Below are positions 50,350 to 63,656 of a stretch of 64,000 nt of DNA, in pieces. Numbering within the stretch: position 1 is the stretch's first letter; each line of letters opens with the position of its first letter. This DNA comes from Guillardia theta CCMP2712 (lineage: Eukaryota > Protista > Cryptophyta): the NCBI RefSeq assembly GCF_000315625.1, contig NW_005434547.1, positions 91,239 to 155,238 on the forward strand, given 5' to 3'. The notes under the pieces are model-generated. The model did no database searches and was not told the DNA's origin. It saw nothing but the letters and a program-made list of their open reading frames with translations. A program made the translations under genes and the position numbers.

Positions 50350-50913
50350 ATGTGCCAAGTGGAAGGGATCATTCCGTCCTCAGCTCTTGCCAGTCACTCA
50401 GTGGAAGAGCTGACATGGCATCAGTTCCGGGACATAACCAGCAGCGACACCTTGTATCCGGCGCCCCATCATCATAAGACTCACAGTGTGGTCCTGACCT
50501 ATGATGAGTTCTCCTCCAACGTCCCAGCAGACTTCCTCCTTGATGCCTACCTCGACGGCGTCTCCAGCGACTGGATGGGAGCTGGGCTGTGCATGGACGA
50601 TGGGCCGAGGAAGCATAGTCTCCGACTTTTTGACGATTTTCGATTTCCTTTCACGGATCACAATGAAGAAGATTCGCTCAACTTCAGGGAGGAATGCTCC
50701 TGCTGTGAAAGAGGCAACCTGTGCGACGGGATAGTTTGCACCTATCAGGCCCCTCCTCCTGTTTCCTTCAACACGATCCGGAGCAAGGATGGCAGCAAGT
50801 CTTGGAGGTTTAGGGTTTACAACTCGCAGGGTCCAATCGAGGTCTACTCAGAGGAAGTACACTTGTGGAGAAGGCACAGGAACAGGTGTATGGGGTTACA
50901 AGGACTGCTGTAA
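50350..50913 (+). CDS. hypothetical 187-aa protein with a Cys cluster (CSCC..LC..VC)
   Basis: Single ATG-initiated ORF of ordinary composition. No family recognised. Confidence 0.55.
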   Translation: MCQVEGIIPSSALASHSVEELTWHQFRDITSSDTLYPAPHHHKTHSVVLTYDEFSSNVPADFLLDAYLDGVSSDWMGAGLCMDDGPRKHSLRLFDDFRFPFTDHNEEDSLNFREECSCCERGNLCDGIVCTYQAPPPVSFNTIRSKDGSKSWRFRVYNSQGPIEVYSEEVHLWRRHRNRCMGLQGLL

Positions 50914-51201
50914 GTCCTTCCCAACTGTAACGCTTCTCAACTTGCCCTCAGTCTCATCGATGGTTGTGTTTGATTGAAAGTGAGAACAATGATACCGGTT
51001 GATGCTTGTCATAGTAAAGAATAAATCATTTAATACACCTCATCCCGTCTCCCATCTTCATCCTTGTCTAAGGAGAACCACACTCTAATCACACCTGTCA
51101 TCACCCCTGGTAAATCCCTCACGTCCCTCCTCAGTCCGCTCGCATCATTCTCGCAAAGCATGTCTTTCTTCTCAATGCTGCTCGTGCTCTTTCCAGAGTG
51201 A

Positions 51202-53153
51202 TTACTGCTGCTTCTTCTCCTGCACCTGCTCCTCTCGTGCCTTCACAGCAGGAGGGACAATCATCTGTAACAAATATCGATCACCGCCATGCCTGAGCCA
51301 AGGAGCAACTCTCCTTAGCTGAGACCAGGAGGGCCCCGGTAACATACCCGAGCATCCCGCAGCCTTGCGAACAGGAGTTTCAGGAGAAATGAAGACGAAG
51401 AGTTGGAAAAGGAGGAGGAAAAGGAGGATGGAGATGAGGTGGAAGAGGAGAAGAAGGATGAGGTGGAAGAGCAGTTGGACGAGGAGGGGGCAGATGAGGA
51501 GGGGATAAGCACAAGTTAGATCAGAACTGACCACATTGCAGCAAGATCGCACTATGGAGATCAAGATACCCTTGCAGGTAGTGAATCTGTTGGAAACAAC
51601 CAATCACAATGAGGGAATAGCAGGCAAGTCATCCATACAGCAATCCCGAAGGCGAGGAATATGACAGCACTCGACGAATTCTTCGCATTTTTGGCCAAAT
51701 GCGTGTGTGAAAAAAAACAGCTACAAGGTAATCAGCAAACACAGCAGGAAAACTTGACAAGGATGTTCCTTACCCTCCCATCAAGAAACCAAGAATCATC
51801 TGCGAGTACATCAAATGTTTGCCGTTGTCGTAGAGGTTTAGGAAGCCGATGCTTGCTTGCACCAGGCCAATCACTGGAACCATCCTGCCATGGATATGAG
51901 AGCCTCCCTTTGGAACACTGTCGCTACCAAAAGGGGATGCCAAACTCCAACTCGAGCTCCCGAGCAAGAATCCCCTGATGATGATGAGCAAGTCAGAAGG
52001 TTTGCAGTGATGTAGCACGAGGGACGGGGAAGGGAAGAAGCGTCAGGGGTAGGAAGAGGGAGAGGAGAATGGGGAGGGGCAAGGAGATAGGAAGAAAAGA
52101 GATGGTGGGAGAGGTGTGGCAGCGAGAGGAGTGGGGGCAAGGGGGGGTGGCAGGGGAGGGGAGGGGGAGGGGGGGGGGGGTTTCGTCATGCAGCTACCTT
52201 GAAGAAGTCAGAAGTGAAGAGAAATGCCATGAAGCCGAGGATACCTGTCTCAAGTAGCCTTGCAGGCAGGAAGTCAATACAGGAGCACTTCCTGCTCTGC
52301 CATCCTAGCTTGTATGGGAAACCCCATTTGCTGTGTGTTGAGGGCTATAGTGCAGGCGGATGATGTGATGGGTAAACGTTCATCGATGTGATGGGTAAAC
52401 GTTCATCTCAGAAGGGCGAAATGTCGTTCTCACAACCAAAGCAAGCGACCTCGCGCTCAGCGAGGAGATCAAGCAACACAGTAAGTTATTTGAGCATAAT
52501 TTCTAAATGTTCTCTTCTCCGTTCACCCTACATGCCGATAACGAGTGCGTTTCTGTCTTCTTTAGCACCTTCTATGTCGAACCAATCAACTTGATGCTGA
52601 CTCGCTCTCCGTTCTCCTCGTACTCTGTGCTTGCCCTGGAAATCCTTTTATCCTTCTCCTCCCTACTCGCACTTCTCCTTCCTCGCTCCTGTCACTCCTC
52701 GCTCCTCTCACTCCTCCTGCCTCGCTCCTCTCTTTCACCTATCCTCCCTCCTCCCTCCTCCCTCCTCCCTCCTCCCTCTTCTCTTCTCTCCTCCCTCACC
52801 TCAGGAACTCAACCCACTCACTGGGCTGGATATAAGCCATGTCGGGCGCAAGAATGGCAGGCTAAGACTACCGGTAGTTGAGACCAATTTTGAATCGTTT
52901 TGGTGGGGTAGGTAGTATGGCACGAAGGATCTTCCATGCTCAGGGAGCGATTGGCTGCAGGAAGCGAAGCAAATGAAGGGAGGTAGGAAGGATGAGGAGG
53001 AGAAGGGAGGGAAGGAGGAGAGGGAAGGGAAACAAGGGAGAGGGAGAAGGAAAACAAGGGAGGTAGAGAAGGGAGGAGAGTGGGTAAAGGCAAGCATGGA
53101 CTGAAACGTGAACGGATTCCCGAGAAGCTGTCAGTATGATTGAGACGAGGCAT
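51202..53153 (-). CDS. possible multi-exon hypothetical (membrane?) protein
   Basis: Complex minus-strand segments (e.g. 51770-52000, 52200-52350) alternate with CT-rich intron-like tracts. Exon chain not resolved. Confidence 0.35.
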
Positions 53154-53425
53154 CGAATGATGGAGTAGATATCAGTGGATGATGGATAACATCAGCGATG
53201 TAGGATGGTGGAGACACAAGATGGTACATTACGGCTAAGAGCATTCGTAGGATTCAGAAGGATGAGATAACGGTGTACGCCATGGTCAACGATACGATTC
53301 AGCAAGGCAGCAAGCAACATTCGTACATAACTTGGTTTATTCTGGTCTGAGGTGTGTCAGGATCCCATGAAACTGCACGGCTGGCAGCGAGGAAGCGACA
53401 TGCTGGAGGCAAGCACTGAGGCCCC

Positions 53426-54870
53426 TCATACCCGGGGGACCTGGGGCTGCGCCTCCTCCTCGGCGAACTGCTTCATCATCTCCTTCTGCTTCTCAGTCAT
53501 CTGCATCGCAAGCGTCAGCTCTCAGCAACTCACTTGCTCATGGCGCGACTCACGTTCTTAGGAACGACCACCTTGAAGTGAACCACCAGGTTGCCGAACC
53601 TGTTCCCGTCCATGTGCCGTGCCCCGTGCCCAGTCAGCACTCGGGTGCTCCCCGGCTGGATCCCAGCTGGGAGCGCGATCTCCTGCTCCTTCTCGAGGGT
53701 GGGGACCTTGATCTTGCACCCGAGCACGGCCTGCGACACAGACAGCGGGTACTCCAGATGAACGTCCGCGCCTTCTCTCCAGAAGAAGGGATGGCTCTTA
53801 ATGTTGACGGATATGTACAAGTGACCCGGCGGCTGCCCACGGTCCCCTGACTCTCCCTTGCCCGGCATGCGCAGCCTCACGTCCGGGTCCAGCCCCCCCC
53901 TGATCTGCACCGTGATCTCTTCCTCCGCCTCCACCTTGCCGCTGCCTCTGCATCTCTTGCAAGGAGTGTCTACCGTGGACCCCTCGCCGTTGCAGGTGCT
54001 GCACACCGACTGGACTTGGATGAAACCCATGGCTGTTTCCATCACTTCGCCAGTGCCCCTGCAGGTCGGGCAGGTCCGGCGCTTCGTCCCCGGCTCCGCC
54101 CCCTCTCCGTTGCAAGGCTTGCAAGTGTCCTTCTTGCGCACACGGATCGTCTTGGAGCAGCCCTTTGCAGCCTCCATGAAGGAGAGGTCGATCTGTACAT
54201 GCACGTCCTTCCCTGCTCCCCTCCTTCTTGAGTTCTTCCTCCCTCCAAACATGCCGCTCAGCTCCTCGAAGATGTCCATGGGGTCGCCACCAAAGTTTTG
54301 GAACCCTTGGAAGCCCTCGAAGCCCCCGAATCCACCAGCCGCATTCCCATTCGCGTCCATGCCACCCATATCGTACATCCTCCTTTTCTGCTCGTCCGAG
54401 AGGATCTCGTATGCATTGTTAAGTTCCGAAAACTTCTCCTGCGCCTTGGGATCCTCTTTGTTCACGTCGGGGTGTAGCTTCTTTGCTTTCTGGAAGTATG
54501 CTTTCTTGATTTCCTGCGATGAAGCTGATTTGGGCACACCTAGCACCTCATACAAATCCTTTGCCAACACCGGAGAGCTCGAGCGAAAAAACCTTTTCCC
54601 ATAAAAACTGCAGGCGTGGAGGTGCTTCAGATTCATGCTGCTGCCACATCGGCCAGAGAAGCTCCAGGATGGGCTGGAGCCTGCTGTCTTACAGTCATCG
54701 ACGGCTTGCTGTCTGAAAACGCTCGTCGAAATTTTCCTCTTCTCAACACGCATTCTTGAGCAGCTCGTCAGATTCCGCACTGAGTGCGCAATCCGATCTA
54801 TTCGGGTCGCCCCCATCACGTTTCTTGCTGCTGTCATGAGCCCATTGACATTCATCTGCAATTTGTACAC
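53426..54870 (-). CDS. type I DnaJ/Hsp40 (mitochondrial Mdj1/DNAJA3-like); 5' end uncertain
   Basis: J domain with HPD, G/F region, four CxxCxGxG repeats, C-terminal domain, and a presequence-like N-terminus. Last exon [12 protein letters not shown] ends at 53426. Confidence 0.93.
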
Positions 54871-56390
54871 CTGAGAGTCCAGATGTCACTGTGAGAACTA
54901 AGCTTTTTTCAAGATGGTGTGAAAACAGGAGTAGGCACCGCATGTTTTGTGGGAATGTCAAATTGCCTTGATATGCTGCAGTGCCTCAAGTTTCTACATC
55001 AAGAAGCTCTAGCCCGAATAGCACTTATTCTCCTATCATTTCACTCTTTCATCTTCAGCCATGTATATTTGAACACAAACTCCGAAGAAATCAACCTCGA
55101 ATAGAACACGAAACTCTCATGCAGAACTATCTCAAAGCATTTACAATGTCCGTCCGTCTCTTCAGCCTACAGCAGGCCAGCTACCTTCCAAGCACTGACT
55201 CTTGCTTTCTTTCGATAATCGCCCAACGCCTTCAGACATCACCAGAAAATCGCTCTTCTTTCCTATGGGTAAAAGTCTGTTGTATCTCAAATGCTTGCTT
55301 TGCGAGGGCTCGCAAAAGCTGAGTTTCCTCTTTCCTTCTTGTCTCATCCCCTCCTGCTCTGACACATCTCAAACACTCTGATCCAAATCGTGTTGTCCTC
55401 TCCTTCATGCTACCGTCAAGTGAACGCTCCTCTCCTCTCCCCCCGTCCCATCGCAATTCCACTTTCTTCTGCGGCATGGAACAAGCTCGTGCTACATCTG
55501 TTTACCCGCAGAATGTTCCACCCTGTTGTTCACACCCCCCACCCCCAAACTTTGTGATAGTACCCACCATCATGTCTCCAAAAAAACCATCAATGTACGG
55601 GTAGAACTGGGTACAATTGAGTCTCGAGGGGTGGGTAGGGAGAGGTTCAAGTGTGGGGTGGGCAAGTGCGGCATTGTGGGGTCAACGCGAAATGCTAGTC
55701 ACGATACCTTGATGAATTGATAGGGTTGGGGTGGTCAATCTTTCAAAATGGAGGGGTGAGGGTAGTCTTATAACCCTACGAATCATAATTAATTGAGTGG
55801 GTAGTGGTTGTATATGGGTGGTATGAATTTCAGAACGTGGGGTACTGTGTCGACATCCACCAAGGGTACTTGTCGGGGTGTAGAAATATAATCCAAGCGG
55901 TGGGGTACATGAGGGTAGGGGTCATGGGTCCCCCATCGTACCGAAAACATTTGTTGGATCAGGGTAGTAGTGTTCGTGAGATAAGGTAGCAGGGTGGGGT
56001 ACTGACTCGTCCGATTTCAAGGTTTCACCCCGGGTGACGGGCCGCGGCCGGCACCGTCCGATCGGAGCCTGACTGCCGGTCCGGCGGGCCCGGTGACGGT
56101 GCAGTGCGCCGTCCGACCGTTGGACCCGGCCGGCCCGCACTGCCGCAATAGTAGGCGGCAGTCCTGCCGGGCCCGGCGTGCTGCGTCTCGGATTCCGAAT
56201 CAGTGCCCCCCGGGCCCAGCCCCCAGGCCCAGCCCCCGGGGCCTGCCGTGGCACGGTCATCGCCCCGGCGGCGGTTTTATCGGTGAGTGGCATTCTCAGA
56301 TTCATGCCAACTTGAAGTTCATCGGCGCGATCGACTTGAAGACGCTGAGCCGCCGAGGGCCTGCCACCGGGTAGCCGGCGGTGCCGTGAC

Positions 56391-57830
56391 TTTGTCTCTT
56401 TCTTTCTCTCTCTCTCTGTCTCTTTCTGTTCACGGTTTCTCTCTCGGAAAGTTTCTTTCTCTCTTTCTCTTTCTGTTTCTCTTTCTCTCTCTCTCGGTCT
56501 CCAAGTCTATCTCCAAGTGTGACTCCATCCCTCCTTTTTCTTGCTGCCCAATCTCTCCTCTGGCTGCTGCAGGTTTGTTCTCTCAGTAAACGTGCTCCTC
56601 TCTTGACTTTTCCCTCTCTTCTCTTTCTCCTCTGTCTTTCAAAGTTTTCCTTGTTTCCCGTCTATGGTCTCTGCTCTGCTTCTTTCCTTGTGCCTTCGTG
56701 TGTCCTATTGTCTTCTTTCGCCTCCTGTCTTCTCGTCTCGGCGCCCACCTTCCTGTCGTCTGGTCTGGTTTGGTCTCCTGCTTTATTTCGTTTGGAGTCT
56801 CCTCTCGTACACTCTATCCTCCCGTTCTCTCAGCACTTGCCTCCTCGTCTGTTCTCATCGGCTCTCTTGGCCACTCTTAGCCTCTCGTCTCGTCTCGTCT
56901 CGTTTCATTTCCTCACGTCACGTCTCATCTCGTCTCCTTTCCTCTCGTCTCGTCTCCTTTCCTCTCGTCTCTCGTCTTCATTATGCTTGTAGAATTTAGT
57001 CTCCTCTTCTCTAGTCTCTTCTCCTTTTGTCTCGTAAGTCTGTTCTCTTCTATGCTCTCCTCACTTCACCTCGCCTCTTCTCTTGTCTCCTCTTGTGTCA
57101 TCTTGTTTTCATTTCACTATGTTGCGCTGTTCTGTGCTGTGCTGTGCTGTGCTGTGTTATCCTCCCTTTTCTCTTTCTCCGCTGCTCTGCTCTGCTCTGC
57201 TCTCCTTCTCCACTGCGCTGCTCTGCACTGCTCTTCCTCTCCTCTCCTCTCCTCTCCTCCCTCTCCTCTCTCTCCTTCTCGATTCTTCTTCCCTTCTCTC
57301 CCTCAATCCCGTTGTTTTACTCTCCTCTCCTCTCCTCTCCTCTCCTCTCCTCTCCTCTCCTCTCCTCTCCTCTCCTCTCCTCTCCTCTCCTCTCCTCTCC
57401 TCTCCTCTCCTCTCCTCGCTCTCCTCTGTCGCACAGGCGTGTACGAGACAAAAACTCTTGGCGACATTAGGCACTATAGTATCATCAAACATCAGCCAAA
57501 TCTCGAAGCGGCTATTCCTTTGAGAGCCTGCAATTCTGGACACAGGCTTGTGGAGGGGGAATCGTGGATCCGTCGGGAAGTTAAGCGCAGGGGCTTCTGG
57601 AANNNNNNNNNNNNNNNNNNNNNNNNNNNNNNNNNNNNNNNNNNNNNNNNNNNNNNNNNNNNNNNNNNNNNNNNNNNNNNNNNNNNNNNNNNNNNNNNNN
57701 NNCCTCCTCTCCTCGCTCTCCTCTCTCTCCTCTCCTCTCCTCTCCTCTCCTCTCCTCGCTCTCCTCTCCTCTCCTCTCCTCTCCTCTCCTCTCCTCTCCT
57801 CTCTCTTCTCCTTGCCTTGGCTCTGCTCCG
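56391..57830. repeat. long polypyrimidine low-complexity tract incl. (CTCTC)n and (CTCGT)n, with gap 57603-57702
   Basis: Visible composition. Confidence 0.9.
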
Positions 57831-58063
57831 ACTTTGCTCCGCTATCTCCGTTGAGGGGTAAAACTATTTTTAATTTTTTTAAAAAAGCTAAATCTATTTT
57901 AGCAGCCTCAACCATGCGGCTTGCCGTAGCTTGTGTTGATGGCTTCAGTCGTTCAGCAGGAGGGAGGCAGGGAAGGAGGGAGCGAGGGAGAGAATTGCGA
58001 CAGAAAGGGCATATGCACAACATGAGCAATCAGATCTAGGCTAGGAGATCGTCAGCAGCAAGT

Positions 58064-60136
58064 GATGGCTCCAGAACCAGGCGTCTTCTCCCAATCTCGC
58101 GCATGCTACGTTGTTGGGCTCTCCCTTTCCATAGCCAGCATGCGCCTATGCTCTGACCTGTGCTGAATCAGGATCGATTATCACAAGCTTGACCCAATCA
58201 TTCTGGTATCTTCATGTTTCCTGAAGGCATACCGGGTTCGTTCCCTTGTGATATCTCATTTACACTTACCCTCTCCCCCGCCAGGTGATGCTGTCGAGCT
58301 TCTGGCAGGGAGGTGAAACGCCTTCCTATCTCTGTCTCCTCCTTTTGACATTATCTGGTGGAAGATTTTACTGGATGCGAACCCGCTTCAAACCAAAGTA
58401 TGGCAGCGATGATGTTCTGCCGTGGGTTTGACGACCTTTTACCAAACAGCGACACAACCGCAGTGAAATTTTTCAACGTGGACGAGCGATTTGTATATGA
58501 GAGCTTCTTTCATGACTTCGGACCGATCAACATGTGATTGGATCTGATCCTGTGATGTTGAGGGCTGATAGTGATGTATGGTTCTGTTCAATGTGCAGCT
58601 CGCAGCTTTACAGATACTGTCAATTGATCCGCACGAAACTATCTTCACTCGAGGGAGGAAAAAACTGCGTGAGATGAAAGATTTTGGGGAATTTTCCCGT
58701 AGTTGATGTTTGCGATTGTATCAGATCGTTCATTGCACTTCGATCGACCCGAAGTGAGATGGAAATTCCTGAGTTGTCAACAGCCACCTGACGTTTGTGA
58801 TGTGCAAATAGAGTTTGCACAAATGCTGCATGGCTAGCAGGTCTGTCTTCCATTGGCTGTGGATGGTTGGTGTTTGATCTATGGGTTCTACAGGAGGATA
58901 CCTCATATGTTATGAAGGTTTCACCCCGGAGCAAGCGCACTCTTTGTTCTTGTACCTCTCTCCTCCTTCCTCCGCTGGTTTGCATCTGACGTTTTTTGTG
59001 TGCTGAAGCAAAGTGAGCAACAGTTTTATCCCGTTTCGAGATGCTTCTCAGGTATTGGAGAGGTGAGAATATTTGTTCTTTCTCAGACGTGTTGTATCTT
59101 GCAGACAGTGAGCAACTTTGGTGTCTCGTTGCTAGATTGCTTCAAAGCCATTCACCTGGCTAGGAAGGTATGAAGGTAGAACGAAAACAGGGTGACGTTG
59201 ACTTGCTGTCTAGGAATTATTCTTTGACTTTTCCAATTTCGATCCTGAAGAGTATGAGTTCTTTGAGAAGGTGAGATCTACGTTTCATTCTTTTTGTTCG
59301 TTCTTGCTAAGAATGTTGAGCTCGGTCAAGGGTGCTTTGTTTTTGTTTGGGATCCGTTTGGTTCTTTGAGACTTCTGTGTTTTACCAGGTTGAGAATGGA
59401 GATTTCAACGTCATCACTCCAAAGTTTATCGCATTCAGGTGATAATGATGTAGAGAGTCTGATCTGAACATCTCTTGCAGCAACCCAACTGCTGTTCGGA
59501 CCGAGATCTGTCCGGGGGTTTTCTCCAAGGTGAGCGGAAAACAGCGATAACAGAGGAGGAGTCATTTTCGTCTCGTGGTGGTGATAACGATTGAAGTGGT
59601 GCTGGTAGTGGTGATGATTCTTACTGATACCTTGGTTTGCAGACATGTTCCGATTATTTTGATCTTTGGCGAGAAAGAAATGTGACAGCGGGTATTTTAC
59701 CTCATCTCAACTTTGCTTCTTACTCAATCCTCTCTGTATTCAAATATCTTATTCTCCCTTACTCCCTTTCACAAAGTTGTCCGTCTCAACAACAAGACAT
59801 ACGATAGAAAGGTTTGAATGCACGCATTGAATCTCCTTCACTTGTTCTTCTCATATCGTCACAGGATTTCCTTGAAGCTGGTTTCCACCATTATGATCTC
59901 TTCTTTGCCGATGGATTTCCTCCTCCCTCCGACATCGTTTACAAGTCTGTCTCATCTCCTCGCTGATCTCTATCCTACTCACTTCACCTCCTCCTCTTCC
60001 TACCCTTTTCTCCTCTCCACTCTTTGCTTCCTCTCCCTCTCTCGCTCCTCCTCTTGTTCTGAAACTTTTGGCCCTTCAGGTTTCTGGAGATTTGTGAGAA
60101 CGAGAAAGGAGCCATCGCAGTTCACTGCAAAGCCGG
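58064..60136 (+). CDS. CDC14: Cdc14 dual-specificity phosphatase, many short exons; start uncertain and 3' end lost in gap 60285-60705
   Basis: Exons read by eye: VYESFFHDFGPIN, FIPFRDAS, FDPEEYEFFEK|VENGDFNVITPKFIAF, VVRLNNKTYD, GFHHYDLFFADG, GAIAVHCKAG. Confidence 0.9.
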
Positions 60137-60732
60137 TCCCTCCCCTTCCCTCCCCTTCCCTCCCCTTCCCTCTCCCCTCCTCTCTCTCTCCTCTCCTCCT
60201 CCTCCTCCTCCTCCTCCTCCTCCTCCTCCTCCTCCTCCTCCTCCTCCTCCTCCTCCTCCTCCTCCTCCTCCTCCTCCTCCTCCTNNNNNNNNNNNNNNNN
60301 NNNNNNNNNNNNNNNNNNNNNNNNNNNNNNNNNNNNNNNNNNNNNNNNNNNNNNNNNNNNNNNNNNNNNNNNNNNNNNNNNNNNNNNNNNNNNNNNNNNN
60401 NNNNNNNNNNNNNNNNNNNNNNNNNNNNNNNNNNNNNNNNNNNNNNNNNNNNNNNNNNNNNNNNNNNNNNNNNNNNNNNNNNNNNNNNNNNNNNNNNNNN
60501 NNNNNNNNNNNNNNNNNNNNNNNNNNNNNNNNNNNNNNNNNNNNNNNNNNNNNNNNNNNNNNNNNNNNNNNNNNNNNNNNNNNNNNNNNNNNNNNNNNNN
60601 NNNNNNNNNNNNNNNNNNNNNNNNNNNNNNNNNNNNNNNNNNNNNNNNNNNNNNNNNNNNNNNNNNNNNNNNNNNNNNNNNNNNNNNNNNNNNNNNNNNN
60701 NNNNNTACTTTGTTTCACTGATTCATCTCTTT

Positions 60733-61084
60733 TCAGCGTAATCGGCCCGCAGCAACACTTCCTGCGCGAGTGGGAGCAGACGATGTGGAAGGCAGGAGCA
60801 GCCAAGGTGAGCCAAGGAGAGGAAGGGAGGGAAAGGGAGGGAGGGAGGGACAGGGAGGGAGGGAGGGAGAGGAAGGGAGGTAAACTGAGAGGTCAGGATA
60901 GAAGGGCAGGGGATGAACCAGAAAGGTCATAGGAGGGGAGGAAGAGGCGGTAGAAGGAAGAGGAGGAAACAAGAAAAGGTGGATGGAGGGAGGAGAACCT
61001 GACATGAAACAGAAGGACTGCCAGAGTCCGCTGCAGGAAGCGATGCTCGACGGGATTCATGTCCTATCGATTGCTTGAGGATAG

Positions 61085-61115
<31 letters not shown>

Positions 61116-62181
61116 AAGGAGGGGGAGAAGGCTATGACGAGGAAAAGTGCGATTGTACAGAGATGATGTTTTGGGTTGAGGATGGTTGGTTTTGTTTTGT
61201 TTGTATAAAGATGGAAGAAGACACGCAGGTGATCAGAGATCGTTTGCCTCCCGACGGTCTGACAGGCCCTGAGGAAGCAAAAGGGGAAGAGAAGAAAAGG
61301 AAAAGAGGAGAGGGAGGGAGGAGGGATAGAAGGAGGGGAGGGGAGAAGTGGAGGACAAGGAGACGAAGAGAGCAAGGAAGAATCAGATTAGATCCTTGAG
61401 ATGATGACAAATCAGCATGTTACCTTGCGATACAACTCAATGTGCTCCAAGATGTCTTTCTTCTTCAAGATTCCAACCTGCAATGATGCAAATTCATCAA
61501 GATCGTCAACCTCAACAACAAACAACAGCAAACGACGACGACAATGACAAAAATTTCATCATATCATTTCATCTTCATCATTCCCATTGTCACTCATCAT
61601 CATCATCATCATCATCATCATCTCCATCTCCATCATCATAGAATAGAACTCACAAGTTGTCCATTGTGTGTTACGAGTAGATAGCGCAGCCCAAGAGCTC
61701 TAAACATTTCTGGCACAGACTTCAGTTGAACAAGAGAAGGTAAGATAGAAGAGGAGGAGAAAAAGGTGACATGGTAGGTGACGGATGGCTTGGACGTAGA
61801 AGAGGCGGAAAAGGGAAGAGGAGGAAGTGGAGGAGGAAGTGAAGGAGGGGGAGCAGGAGAAGGAGGAGGAGGAGGAGGAGGAGGAGGAGGAGAAGGAGAA
61901 GGAGGAGGAGGAGGAGGAGGAGGAGGAGGAGGTGAAGGAGGAGAAGGAGGAGAAGGAGGAGAAGGAGGAGATCGCATGTTACCGATGACGCGATCAAGAG
62001 GAGTAGTCTCGACGATCTGAAGTTCAGTCAAGAGATGATAGCGGGAAATGACGAGACAAGCAGTAAGAGTGGGGAAATGGAGGGGAGGAGAGATCTGGGA
62101 GCAAGAAGAGGGTAGGAGAGGTAAAGCAAGAGCGGTAGGAGGATGAAGGAGGGGAGGGACGAAGTGATGGGAATGGAAGGC

Positions 62182-62231
<50 letters not shown>

Positions 62232-62322
62232 AAGGGACCTGAATGGGTGACTGGTCAAGCCAAGGGCTGAGATCGACGTAGGGATCATCACAATCGACCT
62301 GAAGGAAAAGTGAAAAGGCAAC

Positions 62323-62419
<97 letters not shown>

Positions 62420-63604
62420 GATTATCATCATCTATGCTGTAATCATCCATATCATCATCGCCCATATCATGATCATGATTATCATCATCATCATCACTGT
62501 CGTCATCATTGTTTGCTGTTCACCTTGGAACTGAAGAAACATTTGGTTTTCCCGGTTAGCCGCGGATGGTTTCGACATTTTCTCATGACTTGAGTGAGAG
62601 AATCTCTTGAAATAAAACCGACGACCTGCAGGGTAGATGAGAAAATTCAATTCACGATGAAGGTTGAATCACACTGAAGCTCAGACATGAAACATGAAAC
62701 ATTCTCAACAAGAAAGTCGAAACTGTCATGGAGAGATAGACATCAATTCTCTTTACTCACCAGCATCTCCGAAGGAGATGTCACCACAGGAAATCCCTGA
62801 TAGGAAGGCTCAGCAAAGAAGAAAATGGTAGTGGCAGCAATAAGATGAAGATGACAATGATGACAATGATGATGATGGAGATGACGACGACGACGATTCT
62901 ACTGCACTTACTTGATACGAGGTTGTTTCTAGAAGGCCTTCGATGCTTTCAACTGTGTTCCCTGAAACAAGTCGTCAAAATCATTCTCAGCATCACAATC
63001 AATCTTTGTCAGGGAAAGGCAGCCCTAGAAATTGCATGTTGCTTGTTGCATTGTTTTGTGTTGCATTGTGTTGCATTGTGTTGCATTGTGTTGCATTGTG
63101 TTGTGTTGTGTTGTGTTGTGTTGTGTTGTGTTGCGTTATGCTGTGTTGTGTTGTGGTGTGTTGTTTTATTCTTACCATTGATGCTCAAAACAAACAACTC
63201 CCGACAACTCATCACATCGCTAGCCCGTTCGCTAGTAAGCAAAAAAAGGTAAGGGAAAGTGAAACGAAAGAGAAAGGATGAAAGAGAAAGGAAAAACGAA
63301 AAAGGAACAACAAGAGGAAAGATGAAAGGGGAGAAGATGGTGGGGGAGGAAGAAAGAAGGAGGGAGGAGGGAGGAGGGAGGAGGAGGAGGAACGAGGAAC
63401 GAGGAAGAAGAAAGGAGGAAGAGAAGAGTGAAGGTGGAGATAGAGATCACTTGAAAGCGTATTCTCTCTTGTTGTCAAGGTGCGGATAACCCTTCAGGTG
63501 TATGAGCTCGATGTAGATACTTGGAATTGAGTTAGAAAAAGATGAGGAAGGAAAATGAAAACGAGCATCACGATTGCTGTGCATCATCATCGTCATCATC
63601 GTCG

Positions 63605-63656
<52 letters not shown>

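Noticed and set aside
52362-52407. Exact 23-bp tandem duplication GATGTGATGGGTAAACGTTCATC
   Set aside because: Isolated slippage duplication with no further structure.
57440-57480. AAAACTCTTGGCGAC resembling the 5.8S rRNA 5' end
   Set aside because: Following sequence lacks conserved 5.8S motifs. No rRNA or tRNA was recognised in the window.
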